Of a stretch of 35,238 bases of DNA, positions 17,965 through 27,907 are shown in pieces. Source of the stretch: Minisyncoccia bacterium (GTDB lineage Bacteria > Patescibacteriota > Minisyncoccia > SW-4-49-11); the NCBI GenBank assembly GCA_044356725.1, contig JBIKVS010000011.1, positions 1 through 35,238 on the forward strand, read 5' to 3'. The position numbers and the translations under genes were made by a program. Position 1 is the stretch's first letter, and each line of letters starts with the position of its first letter. Under the pieces are notes generated by a model. It did no database searches. It was not told the DNA's origin and was given only the letters and a program-made list of their open reading frames with translations.

Positions 17965-18480
17965 TTATTCTTCTACTTTAATTAAACCTTGACTCGTAAC
18001 AGTTATAGTTTTAGATATTTGGTTAGAAGCATCTCCCCTAGTCAATATAACTGATTGTTCTGCAGTCTCTGCAAAGGGTATTGAAAAGATAAAATTAGAA
18101 CTAGAATTTATAGTAGAGTAATTCAACTTATCTGGAGAACCATAACTCTTATTATTATCAACAGCATCTTGCACACTAGTACATTTTCCTAAATTATTAA
18201 CAACTGTATAGTATGTATTTAGACTGTTTGATGTGTTTTTATCTGCTCTTAAAACTATTGAGCATATTTTTTGATTATTAAGTATACCAGTAGCTGTACT
18301 CCTAGAAGGAGCCAAAGCTGCATTCTGAGCTTTTCTGATAGCTTGCACTACCTTAGCTACATCTTCTTCTAATCGTGCTCGTTCTCTAGAGGCAACAAAA
18401 GCCTGTATACCTATGCCTGATAGAATACCGATGATAGCTACTGATACTAATATTTCTACTAATGAGAATCCTTTTTTCAT
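17965..18480 (-). CDS. FimT/FimU-like minor pilin
   Basis: KKG|FSLVEIL, IRKAQNAAL and C-terminal ITVTSQGLI. Confidence 0.8.
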   Translation of the reverse strand: MKKGFSLVEILVSVAIIGILSGIGIQAFVASRERARLEEDVAKVVQAIRKAQNAALAPSRSTATGILNNQKICSIVLRADKNTSNSLNTYYTVVNNLGKCTSVQDAVDNNKSYGSPDKLNYSTINSSSNFIFSIPFAETAEQSVILTRGDASNQISKTITVTSQGLIKVEE

Positions 18481-19304
18481 ATTTGTATATTAGGTACAAC
18501 TAAATAATACCATATATTTACAGTGGATACAAGTTTTATTTCAATTAAAGTATATACTATTACAAATGATAGTAATATACTAGGTCCAAAAGCAATTTTT
18601 TGCTTGAGGGATGAATTATGATTAATAATCATTATAGTTATTCCCCAAATCATACCGATGAAAAATGCCCCAAAAAAGAAAGGGATAGCCCACATAAGCG
18701 GGATAAAAAATCCTAAACCTAAAAATAGCTCCACATCCCCCCAACCTATACCTTGTTTTTTGGTAATCACATATAAAAACCAAGTAATAAAAATACATAT
18801 AATAGCGGTAATCAATGAATCAGGCATAATTCTGGTCTGATAATACTCTAGACAGAACCAAATTAATCCTAGAAGCTGTATAGCTCTAAGCTGTATCACT
18901 GGGATTAGTTGATACTGCAAGTCATAGACAAATACAATGACTAACTGAGTAATCAAAGTCAGGATAATTATAATTTGTGATATCTGTATCAGATTGAGAC
19001 TATATAAGCTCAATACACTCGGGACTGAAAGATAGATATACCCTGTAAAAAGAACAGCTGTGATTAATTCTACCAACGGGTATTGAATAGATAAATTATG
19101 CTTACATTGCCTACATTGCCCCTTTTGGATTAAAAAAGACAATACAGGTATAAGCTCATACCAAGCAAGAGTATGGCCACAATGCATACACTCCGACCTA
19201 CCATTCCAAAATTTTTTCTCAGTAGTCATCCGGAATAATATTACATTAAGGAAACTACCAATACCAAGCCCTAATATAAAAATTATAGTAATAATATATA
19301 ACAT
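18477..19304 (-). CDS. pilD: Prepilin peptidase (A24)
   Basis: GSFLNV, RSECMHC..IP..S..GQCRQC, YDLQYQLIP, GWGD and FGP motifs. Confidence 0.95.
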   Translation of the reverse strand: MLYIITIIFILGLGIGSFLNVILFRMTTEKKFWNGRSECMHCGHTLAWYELIPVLSFLIQKGQCRQCKHNLSIQYPLVELITAVLFTGYIYLSVPSVLSLYSLNLIQISQIIIILTLITQLVIVFVYDLQYQLIPVIQLRAIQLLGLIWFCLEYYQTRIMPDSLITAIICIFITWFLYVITKKQGIGWGDVELFLGLGFFIPLMWAIPFFFGAFFIGMIWGITIMIINHNSSLKQKIAFGPSILLSFVIVYTLIEIKLVSTVNIWYYLVVPNIQI

Positions 19305-19345
19305 AAATACTTAAGTATAAGTTGAGTTAATTCCAGTGAATTTGA

Positions 19346-19377
19346 TAGATAAGAGAAAGTTAATTCTCTCTTATCTA
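19346..19377 (-). terminator. Hairpin downstream of the major pilin gene (partial terminator or mRNA stabiliser)
   Basis: Perfect 11-bp inverted repeat TAGATAAGAGA/TCTCTTATCTA with no clear U tract. Confidence 0.55.
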
Positions 19378-19393
19378 CACAAAGTAACTTAAA

Positions 19394-19837
19394 TTATGAT
19401 GCTGGACATGCTGTCAAGGTACTGGCTGGAGCAGCAGCTATAAATCTTGCTGACCCAGTTTGATCAACACAATACCATACTAATGTACCCGCCTCATTTC
19501 TAGTTTGCGCAGCCATAAAGTAAAATCCAACCCCTCCATTACCTCTAAGTCTAGTAGCTGTACTAGCTCCTTCTGCATTAGAGTCAATATTAGTTCTTAC
19601 GCTACTAACTTCAGCTACTGTACTAGTTAATGGGTTCACATAAGTATTTGTAGAGCTTGTATATCCATTTAACTCCATTACAGATCTTAGTTGAGACATT
19701 CCAGATTGCACAGATGCCGATCTAGCTCTTGTACGAGCAGAGTTAACATTCACCAACACTACTGCAGCTAAGATACCAATAATAGCAATTACTACAAGTA
19801 ATTCGATAAGTGTAAATCCTTTTTGTAATCTTTTCAT
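19394..19837 (-). CDS. pilA: Major type IV pilin
   Basis: QKG|FTLIELLVVIAIIGILAAVV, C-terminal Cys pair (YCVDQTG..CPAS), strong ribosome-binding site. Confidence 0.9.
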   Translation of the reverse strand: MKRLQKGFTLIELLVVIAIIGILAAVVLVNVNSARTRARSASVQSGMSQLRSVMELNGYTSSTNTYVNPLTSTVAEVSSVRTNIDSNAEGASTATRLRGNGGVGFYFMAAQTRNEAGTLVWYCVDQTGSARFIAAAPASTLTACPAS

Positions 19838-19844
19838 TTGTTTA

Positions 19845-19855
19845 CACCCCCTTTC
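19845..19855 (-). promoter_or_regulatory. Strong Shine-Dalgarno sequence of pilA
   Basis: GAAAGGGGGTG 7 nt before the ATG. Confidence 0.8.
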
Positions 19856-19898
19856 TTTTTCATATGTTTAAGTTTATTTAGTAACTATTAATTATATT

Positions 19899-21122
19899 TT
19901 AGAACGATCCGGCGATATTGTAAATAGGCATTAGAATAGCTAATACGAATATAGCCACCCCAATACCTAATCCCACTATCATAACAGGCTCGATTAATAC
20001 TGTTAGATTAGCTACTAAAGTATCTACTTCTTGCTTATAGAATCTGGATAGAGTCTCTAATACTAGAATAGTTTTACCAGTCTTTTCTCCTACTGAGATA
20101 ATTTGAGAGGCAATATAGGGGACTTCCTCATATTTCATCAAGGTATCAGACAATTGTCCTCCTGCCTTTACATTGATAATAGATTCCTGAATTATTTTTT
20201 CAAATACAGAGTTCCCTACTACTTTAGAACTAATTTCTAATGATGAGATTAATGGCACTCCAGATCTCAACAAATTTCTTAGATTAACAGCAAATCTAGC
20301 AATATATAATTTGGTAAATAATTGTCCAAATACTGGTATACGCAGTTTCCATTTATCAGCCCATTTACTACCAGCTTCTGTATTAAGAGCATATACTCCT
20401 CCAGCAACTATACCTATTAGACCTATCAATACTAACCATACATATTCTTGCAAGAAGTTAGACAAAGCAACTACTATTTGCGTCATCCAAGGCAATTGAG
20501 CTTCTCCTCCTTCAGTAACACTCTCCAATACCTCCACCAATTGAGGCAGCACAAAATAGGCTATTCCAAGTCCTAGAACAACAAAGATTAATAATACAAA
20601 GGTCGGATAGGCTAAAGCTCCTTTAATTTTATTATTCAAGTCATTTTGTTCTTCTAAGTAATCTGCCATATAAAGCAAAGATTCTTGAAGTCCTCCAGAC
20701 GCTTCTCCAGATCTAATTATAGATACAAATAACTTGTCAAATACTTTTGGGTGTTTCTCCATTGCATCAGATAATAAATTACCATCTTGCAAATCTAATA
20801 CTAGTTGATCTAATATTTCTGTGAAATATTTATTTCTTTTATTTTGGTCTCTTAACACAGCTACAGCATCCACAAGAGAGATTTGCACTTCTAAGAATAC
20901 AGATAGGATTCTAGTAAATACAACTAATTCTCTAGCTGAGACTCTATTAAATATTTCTAGATCTTTTCCAAACGATGATTGTTTATTAATATCTTGAAGA
21001 GAGATTACAATTAAATCCTTTCCTTGTAGAGCACTTAGGGCTGAGTCCTCACTTGATGCTGTAATTACACCTTGTTTAGTTACTCCGTCTTTAGTTTTTG
21101 CTAAATATGTAAACTTTGCCAT
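19899..21122 (-). CDS. pilC: Type IV pilus platform protein (GspF family)
   Basis: SGEASGGL, ALAYP, VGEKTG and LIEP..LMPIY; two T2SSF repeats. Confidence 0.95.
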   Translation of the reverse strand: MAKFTYLAKTKDGVTKQGVITASSEDSALSALQGKDLIVISLQDINKQSSFGKDLEIFNRVSARELVVFTRILSVFLEVQISLVDAVAVLRDQNKRNKYFTEILDQLVLDLQDGNLLSDAMEKHPKVFDKLFVSIIRSGEASGGLQESLLYMADYLEEQNDLNNKIKGALAYPTFVLLIFVVLGLGIAYFVLPQLVEVLESVTEGGEAQLPWMTQIVVALSNFLQEYVWLVLIGLIGIVAGGVYALNTEAGSKWADKWKLRIPVFGQLFTKLYIARFAVNLRNLLRSGVPLISSLEISSKVVGNSVFEKIIQESIINVKAGGQLSDTLMKYEEVPYIASQIISVGEKTGKTILVLETLSRFYKQEVDTLVANLTVLIEPVMIVGLGIGVAIFVLAILMPIYNIAGSF

Positions 21123-21132
21123 ATAATTTTAT

Positions 21133-22206
21133 TTAGGTTGATGATCTTTTAAGCATATTTCTCAAGCTAATTGGGTCTGGGGAGTATAGAAGCGCTGTTT
21201 CATAAGAAACGATACCTCTTACAATTAAATCAAATAAAGATGAGTTCATAGACACCATACCCTCTCTTCTATGAGTCTCTATTACAGTATCTAATTGATA
21301 GATACGATTCTCTCGAATTAAACTTTTGACTGCATTATTGGCAAGCAGTATTTCTAGGGCTGGGGTTAGCTCACCATTTACAGTTGGGATTAATCTCTGT
21401 GAAACAACTGCTTGGATAGAGTTTGCAATTTGAGACCTTACTTGTCCTTGTTGATATGTGGGGAAAGTATCTATAATTCTATCTATAGATTGAGCTGCAC
21501 TATTAGTGTGTAGAGTTGAGAAAACTAAATGCCCTGTCTCAGCCGCAGTGACCGCTACTTTCATAGTATCTAAATCTCTCATTTCCCCTAGAAGAATTAC
21601 ATCAATATCCTGCCTAAATGATGCCTCTAAAGCATTACTAAAGCTTTTAGTATCATACCCTATTTCTCTTTGAGTGATAATACTTTTATCAGGCTTATAG
21701 ATAAATTCGATTGGATCTTCAATAGTTACAATTTTGACATCTCGGGTATGATTAATTTCATTAATTACTGAGGCTAAAGTGGTAGATTTACCTGATCCAG
21801 TAGGGCCAGTAACTAATACAAAACCTTGCATCAACTGAGAGAATTGGTGCATAACTGTAGGTAGGCCTAATTGTTCAAAAGTAAGTATAGCTGAAGGCAA
21901 ATATCTCATTACTAAATTTGGACAACCTTGAGCAATGAAAGCATTGACACGAAATCTGGCATTCATTTCATCAAATGTATAGGCAAAATCCTGTTCCTCG
22001 CCACTATATAGTGCATCTATTTTTTCCTGAGATATCATAGAGCTTAACAATTCATCTAAATTCTCCTTAGATAAAATATCAGCTTCTTCAATAGTAATTA
22101 ATCTATTCTTTATTCTCAAGATAGGTTTGCTGCCAGTCGTTAAATGAATATCTGATCCTTTAGTGGTAACTATTTGATTAATGATTGAAGGTAAGTTTAT
22201 TTGCAT
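21133..22206 (-). CDS. pilT: Pilus retraction ATPase
   Basis: SDIHL, GPTGSGKSTT, TIEDPIE, GEMRD, STLHTNSA and AIRNLIRE-like AVKSLIRE. Confidence 0.95.
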   Translation of the reverse strand: MQINLPSIINQIVTTKGSDIHLTTGSKPILRIKNRLITIEEADILSKENLDELLSSMISQEKIDALYSGEEQDFAYTFDEMNARFRVNAFIAQGCPNLVMRYLPSAILTFEQLGLPTVMHQFSQLMQGFVLVTGPTGSGKSTTLASVINEINHTRDVKIVTIEDPIEFIYKPDKSIITQREIGYDTKSFSNALEASFRQDIDVILLGEMRDLDTMKVAVTAAETGHLVFSTLHTNSAAQSIDRIIDTFPTYQQGQVRSQIANSIQAVVSQRLIPTVNGELTPALEILLANNAVKSLIRENRIYQLDTVIETHRREGMVSMNSSLFDLIVRGIVSYETALLYSPDPISLRNMLKRSST

Positions 22207-22217
22207 ATTTTTAAAGT

Positions 22218-22589
22218 TTAGGGTAAATATTTTTGTATAATTCGCATAACTTCAGTAGGGGTATAATTTGATTTTACCATATAATCTATAGCTCCCAACT
22301 CAAATGCTTTATTAATATCAGCTTGTGAAGATAAATTACTAAGTACTATAACTGGAATATTTTTAATTGTATCATCTTTTTTAAAATATTTTAACATTTC
22401 AAATCCACTTATATTAGGTAATACTAAATCTAGTAAAATAAGGTCTATTCTATCTTTATTTAACAAAATGGAGCTTTCTTCTAAATTAGATGCCGCAAAA
22501 ACCTTTATACCTAAATCTTCTATTTTATTAACGTACATTTGCTTAATAAAGAGATCATCTTCGATTAGTAGTATGTTTTTATTATTCAT
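22218..22589 (-). CDS. Single-domain (CheY-like) response regulator
   Basis: LLIEDD, DLILLDLVLP, VLSN and DYMVK; no output domain. Confidence 0.92.
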   Translation of the reverse strand: MNNKNILLIEDDLFIKQMYVNKIEDLGIKVFAASNLEESSILLNKDRIDLILLDLVLPNISGFEMLKYFKKDDTIKNIPVIVLSNLSSQADINKAFELGAIDYMVKSNYTPTEVMRIIQKYLP

Positions 22590-22642
22590 AATTATTTATT
22601 TAATTGTATATATAATATAATATCATATAATTTATATACTGT

Positions 22643-24358
22643 CTATAGCTCAACCATTGTTAATAACTCTGTTAGGGATAAATATCCCATTAACACCTTG
22701 AATATTCCATCCTGCTTTAAAGTAACATAGTTATTACTTTGTAAATAATTTATTAATTCATCTCCTCCAGTATTTTTTTCAATTATTGCTCTTAAATCTT
22801 CTGTCATAGATACAACCTCAAATATAGCCATTCTACCTTTAAATCCATTATTACATTTGGTACATCCCACAGGCTTATAGCCTTTATCAAAACTACCCGT
22901 GTATACGCTTCTAATATAGTCTTCATCAAGTGTACTCAAGGAATCTTTAATATATTGCTGCTCTTGGTCAGAAAAAGTTATCTCTTGTTTACACTCTGGA
23001 CATAATTTTCTTGCTAATCTTTGAGCTATCACGACTTGCAATGAAGCTGATATCAAAAATGGCTCTACTCCCATATCTATAAGTCTTGGAATAGCTCCAG
23101 GAGAATCATTAGTATGTAAAGTTGAGAAAACTATATGTCCTGTTAAGGCTGATTGCACAGCCAAGCCAGCGGTCTCACCGTCTCTAATTTCTCCTACCAT
23201 AATCACATCAGGGTCTTGTCTTAAAATAGATCTTAATCCAGTAGCGAATGTATAGTTAATATCCGGTCTAACTTGTGACTGATTAATACCAGGTAAATAA
23301 TACTCTATAGGGTCTTCTAAAGTTACTATATTAATATCTTCAGTATTAACCTGAGCTAATAAAGTATAAACCGTAGTTGATTTACCAGATCCGGTAGGTC
23401 CCGTTAAAAGTATCATTCCAAATGGTTTATTAATAGCCTCTTGAACCATTTCTGCCTTGGGTCCTATAAATCCCAAAGATTCTAATGAACGGATACCATT
23501 AGAAGTATCTAGAATTCTAAGTACAACTTTTTCTCCATATTGTGTTGGAAAGGTTGAAACACGAAAGTCTATTTTTTTATCTTGCTCTATTATAGAGAAT
23601 CTACCATCTTGAGGTTTTCTTTGTTCATCAATTTTGAGATTAGATAATATCTTAATACGAGCTACTATTGCTGAATATAAGTCTTTGGGTAGTATTAAAC
23701 TTGTATGCAATACACCATCTATTCTAAATCTAACTCTAACAGCTTCCTCAGATCCTTCAATATGAATATCTGAAGCCCCCCCCATGACAGCAGTTTTTAC
23801 AATAACTGATACTATTTTTATAATTGGAGCTGTTTCTAGATTTTCTTTATTTACATCTGAGACATCTGGTAATTCTTGAGTTTGCTCATTTTTTTCTTTA
23901 AATTCTTGAATGTTCTCCTTAACTGCATTAGTTAGTGTATCAAAATCTTTTAATAATCTATTTATATCTAATGCAGTGGCTACATATAATTCAAACTTTA
24001 AAGATTTTTCCTGTAAAACAAATTTTAAAGCTTGAATGGCATTGTAATTATTAGGATCTGAAACTGCTATTGATATAACATTATTATTATTCTCAAAAGG
24101 AACTAATACATACCTCTTCATTATATTAACAGGTAATAAATCATAGAGACTTTTATCAACAGTATATTCTGACAAATCGATATAACTAAGACCCCAGAAT
24201 TCTGCATTAACTTTCAATAATTCTCTTTCCGTAAAATTACTTGATAAAAACTGTTTAATCTCATCCTCTGATAATGATTCAAAGCTAGCAATACTTTGAA
24301 ACTTCTCTGGAAATTCTATTTTTAAAGATTCAAATGTTCTTCTTAAATCAAATTGCAT
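22643..24358 (-). CDS. pilB: Pilus assembly ATPase (PilB/GspE)
   Basis: ASDIHIE, PQDGRF, GPTGSGKSTT, LRQDPD, GEIRD and two CxxC pairs. Confidence 0.96.
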   Translation of the reverse strand: MQFDLRRTFESLKIEFPEKFQSIASFESLSEDEIKQFLSSNFTERELLKVNAEFWGLSYIDLSEYTVDKSLYDLLPVNIMKRYVLVPFENNNNVISIAVSDPNNYNAIQALKFVLQEKSLKFELYVATALDINRLLKDFDTLTNAVKENIQEFKEKNEQTQELPDVSDVNKENLETAPIIKIVSVIVKTAVMGGASDIHIEGSEEAVRVRFRIDGVLHTSLILPKDLYSAIVARIKILSNLKIDEQRKPQDGRFSIIEQDKKIDFRVSTFPTQYGEKVVLRILDTSNGIRSLESLGFIGPKAEMVQEAINKPFGMILLTGPTGSGKSTTVYTLLAQVNTEDINIVTLEDPIEYYLPGINQSQVRPDINYTFATGLRSILRQDPDVIMVGEIRDGETAGLAVQSALTGHIVFSTLHTNDSPGAIPRLIDMGVEPFLISASLQVVIAQRLARKLCPECKQEITFSDQEQQYIKDSLSTLDEDYIRSVYTGSFDKGYKPVGCTKCNNGFKGRMAIFEVVSMTEDLRAIIEKNTGGDELINYLQSNNYVTLKQDGIFKVLMGYLSLTELLTMVEL

Positions 24359-24369
24359 ATTAAAATCAA

Positions 24370-24540
24370 CTATTTAAAGAAATTTACAACAACACTAATA
24401 TTATCTATAACTTCAATTTCTGTATTAATGAAAGTTATTATAGGATTAATGATTTCATATCCAAAATATATAATTATTATTATACTTATAATAATTAATA
24501 ATACTGGTATGTTTAAGATAGAATTGGATTGATTTTTCAT
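24370..24540 (-). CDS. Unannotated 56-aa single-pass membrane protein between pilO and pilB
   Basis: MKNQSNSILNIPVLLIIISIIIIIYFGYEIINPIITFINTEIEVIDNISVVVNFFK*. ATGA overlap with the pilO stop; ends 11 nt before pilB. Confidence 0.75.
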   Translation of the reverse strand: MKNQSNSILNIPVLLIIISIIIIIYFGYEIINPIITFINTEIEVIDNISVVVNFFK

Positions 24541-25121
24541 ATTTTTACATAATATATTATAGCATTTATTGTAGTGTTTAATTCTGTTACAACACTTTCA
24601 TCTGAATTATTAAAGCTAATATTAATATCTTGAATATCAATATACTGCTTAGAATTAGACAATTTATCTATAAATGAATCTATGGAGTTTTTAGAACCTT
24701 TTATATCTAAATTTAAATTAACACTTTTCAATGTACTGGTTATGGCTGGCTCTTCGTCAAGGATAAGGTTTGAAGCTTCATCACTTTCATCTAAAGATTC
24801 ATCATTTATTACAGAACCTGACGATGTTTTACCTACAGCTTGAATATCTAAACTAGATACAACTATTCCTGACTCATTAGCAAACTTTTCAATCAAATTA
24901 ATGACTTGATTCTTATCAAACTCTTTTAATACAAACTCATTCATCGATTTAGATAAATTAGCTGGGGAATTTTCATTAAAACTTTGTTTAATAGCCAACT
25001 CTTTTTTAGATTTACTAAGTAATGATATATCTGACTTAACTCTTGGTAATAAAAATGAGTTAACAGACCATATTGCTACTACGAATACAATTAGTGATAA
25101 AAACTTAGCTAAATTTGACAT
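24537..25121 (-). CDS. pilO: PilO-like alignment protein
   Basis: N-terminal TM plus coiled coil, ANESGIVVSSL and G..FIDKLSNSKQYIDI; position after pilM and pilN. Confidence 0.75.
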   Translation of the reverse strand: MSNLAKFLSLIVFVVAIWSVNSFLLPRVKSDISLLSKSKKELAIKQSFNENSPANLSKSMNEFVLKEFDKNQVINLIEKFANESGIVVSSLDIQAVGKTSSGSVINDESLDESDEASNLILDEEPAITSTLKSVNLNLDIKGSKNSIDSFIDKLSNSKQYIDIQDINISFNNSDESVVTELNTTINAIIYYVKI

Positions 25122-25122
25122 A

Positions 25123-25650
25123 TTATTTTAATATTATTTCTATACTGAATGAAAAACCTCCTACATCATCAGAAGTAACCGGAGATAAATTCACAATACC
25201 AACCACAGGTAAGTTTCTAAATGCAGCGACTTGTTTTGTTATGTCATTAAGGGATGGTAATTTCATATTTATATTAATAGTCTTTCCTAATTTATTATAA
25301 GAGAAACTTGAAACATTAGATCCTAGTATATATGCTGATTCGATAGACTTTATAACTCCTACAGGAGCATAATCATTCTCTATCAAATTAGAGATATTAA
25401 ATAAATCTTGCTCTAAATTATTTGTTATATAATAAGATTTATTAGTGGAATCTAATTCTTCTATAGCCTTGGTAACTTTATTTTTTTCTTGTACAATAAA
25501 ATACCAATATGATCCCGCAACGACAACAGTATAAACAAGGAATAATGTAAACAAAATATAAATCAAACCATGTCCTTTGTCTTGAGATTTAAGTTCTACT
25601 AAGTCTTCAAGATTTTTTTGGCTTTTAGGAATAAATTTAATGCTATCCAT
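25123..25650 (-). CDS. pilN: PilN-like alignment protein
   Basis: MDSIKFIP (INLLP-like motif), TM helix, C-terminal FSFSIEI. Start moved to 25650. Confidence 0.7.
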   Translation of the reverse strand: MDSIKFIPKSQKNLEDLVELKSQDKGHGLIYILFTLFLVYTVVVAGSYWYFIVQEKNKVTKAIEELDSTNKSYYITNNLEQDLFNISNLIENDYAPVGVIKSIESAYILGSNVSSFSYNKLGKTININMKLPSLNDITKQVAAFRNLPVVGIVNLSPVTSDDVGGFSFSIEIILK

Positions 25651-25655
25651 ATTTA

Positions 25656-26720
25656 TTATTCTATATAATTTTTTAATGACACACCTATTGAAAGAAATAA
25701 ATCTCTCCAAATATCAAGTCTTACCTCCTCATCTTTGACTCCTTTTACATATAAATTAGGGATTGGAGAAGCTAAAGAAACATTTACACTATTACTAACC
25801 TGATTCTTGAAAATATAATCTATATAGTCTTTAAGACCAGACATTTTAGAAGCCCCTCCTAAAATAACAATATTATTAATATCCATGTTCATTGTATCCT
25901 TAACATTGCTTAATAATCGAATAACATCCATCTCTATAAATGTATTGATTCTTGCCTTAATAAGCTCTGTAACTTGAGAGTCAACCCCATTAATTCCATT
26001 ATACTTTTTTAAATTTTCAGCTTCTAAAATAGAGCAACCCTTTAGTTGCTTTATCGCCTCCGTAATATGATTCCCTCCAAAATCAAAGGACTGTATAGTT
26101 TGTAATTTTTTATCAGCATTAACAATCATAACCGTACTAGTTCGAGCACCTATGTCAATAAGACAAGTATTTTCCTTTGGTAAATTAATAGATCTAAGAG
26201 TAGAAAAACAATCTAACTCAAAACCCTTAACCTTAATGCCTAATGACTTACTAACTTCAATGTATCTGTCAGCAACTGTATTAGGTATAGCTATTATCAA
26301 TACATTATACTGATCTTGTGCTTTATTCTTACCTAAATTAATCCAATCTAATTGCACACTATTAATGGGCACAGGGATATGTTTTTTAGCCTCCAAAGGA
26401 ACGGTAGTTAGAAACTCTTTTTCCTCTAAAATCGGCACCTGAATAACGGTAAATAGAGCCAAGTATGACGGCAAAGCTATATAAGCTTCTGATATATGCA
26501 TACCTGATTTTTCAATCATAACCTTAATTATATTGGTAATTTCCTTGGAAGAAATAGCGACATCACTACTTTTTTGTTGTATCACACTATCTATATCATC
26601 ATCCCATATACTATAATTCTCTATATAGAACTTATTATTAATATGACTAACCTCCACTATTTTTATAGTTTGAGTACCTATATCGATTCCAAAAGATTTT
26701 TTTTGCCCCAATGTAAACAT
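25656..26720 (-). CDS. pilM: Type IV pilus assembly protein PilM
   Basis: GIDIGT..IKIVE, EAKKHIP, IDIGA, GGNHIT and LGGASKMSGL (actin-like fold). Confidence 0.93.
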   Translation of the reverse strand: MFTLGQKKSFGIDIGTQTIKIVEVSHINNKFYIENYSIWDDDIDSVIQQKSSDVAISSKEITNIIKVMIEKSGMHISEAYIALPSYLALFTVIQVPILEEKEFLTTVPLEAKKHIPVPINSVQLDWINLGKNKAQDQYNVLIIAIPNTVADRYIEVSKSLGIKVKGFELDCFSTLRSINLPKENTCLIDIGARTSTVMIVNADKKLQTIQSFDFGGNHITEAIKQLKGCSILEAENLKKYNGINGVDSQVTELIKARINTFIEMDVIRLLSNVKDTMNMDINNIVILGGASKMSGLKDYIDYIFKNQVSNSVNVSLASPIPNLYVKGVKDEEVRLDIWRDLFLSIGVSLKNYIE

Positions 26721-26777
26721 TGTAGTGTTTTTATTTATATTCTATAATAATGTTATTATACTACAAAATAAAAATTT

Positions 26778-27488
26778 ATGCAAGATTTTTTAAACAAAAC
26801 CATATTGGACCTATTTTTACCGAATCAATGTATAATTTGCCAAGAGATTAGTGGTGTAAATTTATGTAGTAAATGTTTGGCACAAATACCTAATACCTCC
26901 AACCTATGGATCAAAAATAATATTTCTACCCAGCCCATATTTTCACCCAACTTAAATACTATTTTAAAAACACCTCTTAAAGAAAGTTGTTTGGACAGCG
27001 TACTAACTTGTACTAATTTTAAAAACACTATTGTCAAAAAAAGTATACATTACCTAAAATATAAAAATTTACCTCAATTAGCTCAACCACTTGGTGGGCT
27101 AATACTAAGAACTCTAAGCCAAAACTTGAGAGTTAAAGAGAATATTATACTATGCCCTATTCCATTACATCCAAATCGTCTGAAGTTTAGAGGCTATAAT
27201 CAAGCTACATTATTAACTCAATACCTACAGTCCCAACTAAAATTACCTATATATACAGAGCTTTATAGAATTAAAAATACTCCTCATCAAATGAAAATAA
27301 ACGATAGGAAAACTAGAATTCAAAATGTAACTGATGCATTTGAAGCGAAGCAGAAAGCTAGTCAAAACATACAGCATATCATTCTGATTGATGATGTCAC
27401 TACCACTTTATCCACAATTGAACAAGCCGCTAAGGCTCTTTCAAAACAAGGGTTTACCAGTATAAATGCTTTAGTTTTAGCTCATTAA
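26778..27488 (+). CDS. comF: Competence protein ComF (phosphoribosyltransferase-like)
   Basis: N-terminal CxxC..CxxC, PIPLH..RGYNQA and LIDDVTTT. Confidence 0.93.
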   Translation: MQDFLNKTILDLFLPNQCIICQEISGVNLCSKCLAQIPNTSNLWIKNNISTQPIFSPNLNTILKTPLKESCLDSVLTCTNFKNTIVKKSIHYLKYKNLPQLAQPLGGLILRTLSQNLRVKENIILCPIPLHPNRLKFRGYNQATLLTQYLQSQLKLPIYTELYRIKNTPHQMKINDRKTRIQNVTDAFEAKQKASQNIQHIILIDDVTTTLSTIEQAAKALSKQGFTSINALVLAH

Positions 27489-27576
27489 CTATAATTTATT
27501 GTAAATAATATTATAGTTATGATATAATTTATATTACAGAGTATTATAACTTTGATTAATAGATAAAAACACAGAA

Positions 27577-27900
27577 ATGGAAAAGTTTACTGATAAAGAA
27601 TTTGTATCCTATGTTGTAAAATCAATTGTGGATAATCCTAATGATGTATTGATTGAAAGAACTGTTGATGAAATGGGAGTTTTAATCACTCTAAAAGTAA
27701 ACCCTAGTGATATGGGCTATGTAATTGGGAAGTCTGGAGCAACCGCTAAAGCAATTCGCTCTCTACTACGAATAGTTGGTGCCCGTAATAATGCAAGAGT
27801 TAACTTAAAGATTTTAGAACCTGAACAAGGTGTACAGAAAGAATCTTCAATCAATCATCTTGAAGATGTGGATAAAATTGTAGATGATTTAGATATATAA
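27577..27900 (+). CDS. khpA: KH-domain RNA-binding protein (KhpA/YlqC)
   Basis: IVDNP, DMGYVIGKSGATAKAIR (GxxG loop); lies upstream of trmD. Confidence 0.9.
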   Translation: MEKFTDKEFVSYVVKSIVDNPNDVLIERTVDEMGVLITLKVNPSDMGYVIGKSGATAKAIRSLLRIVGARNNARVNLKILEPEQGVQKESSINHLEDVDKIVDDLDI

Positions 27901-27907
27901 TTTTATT

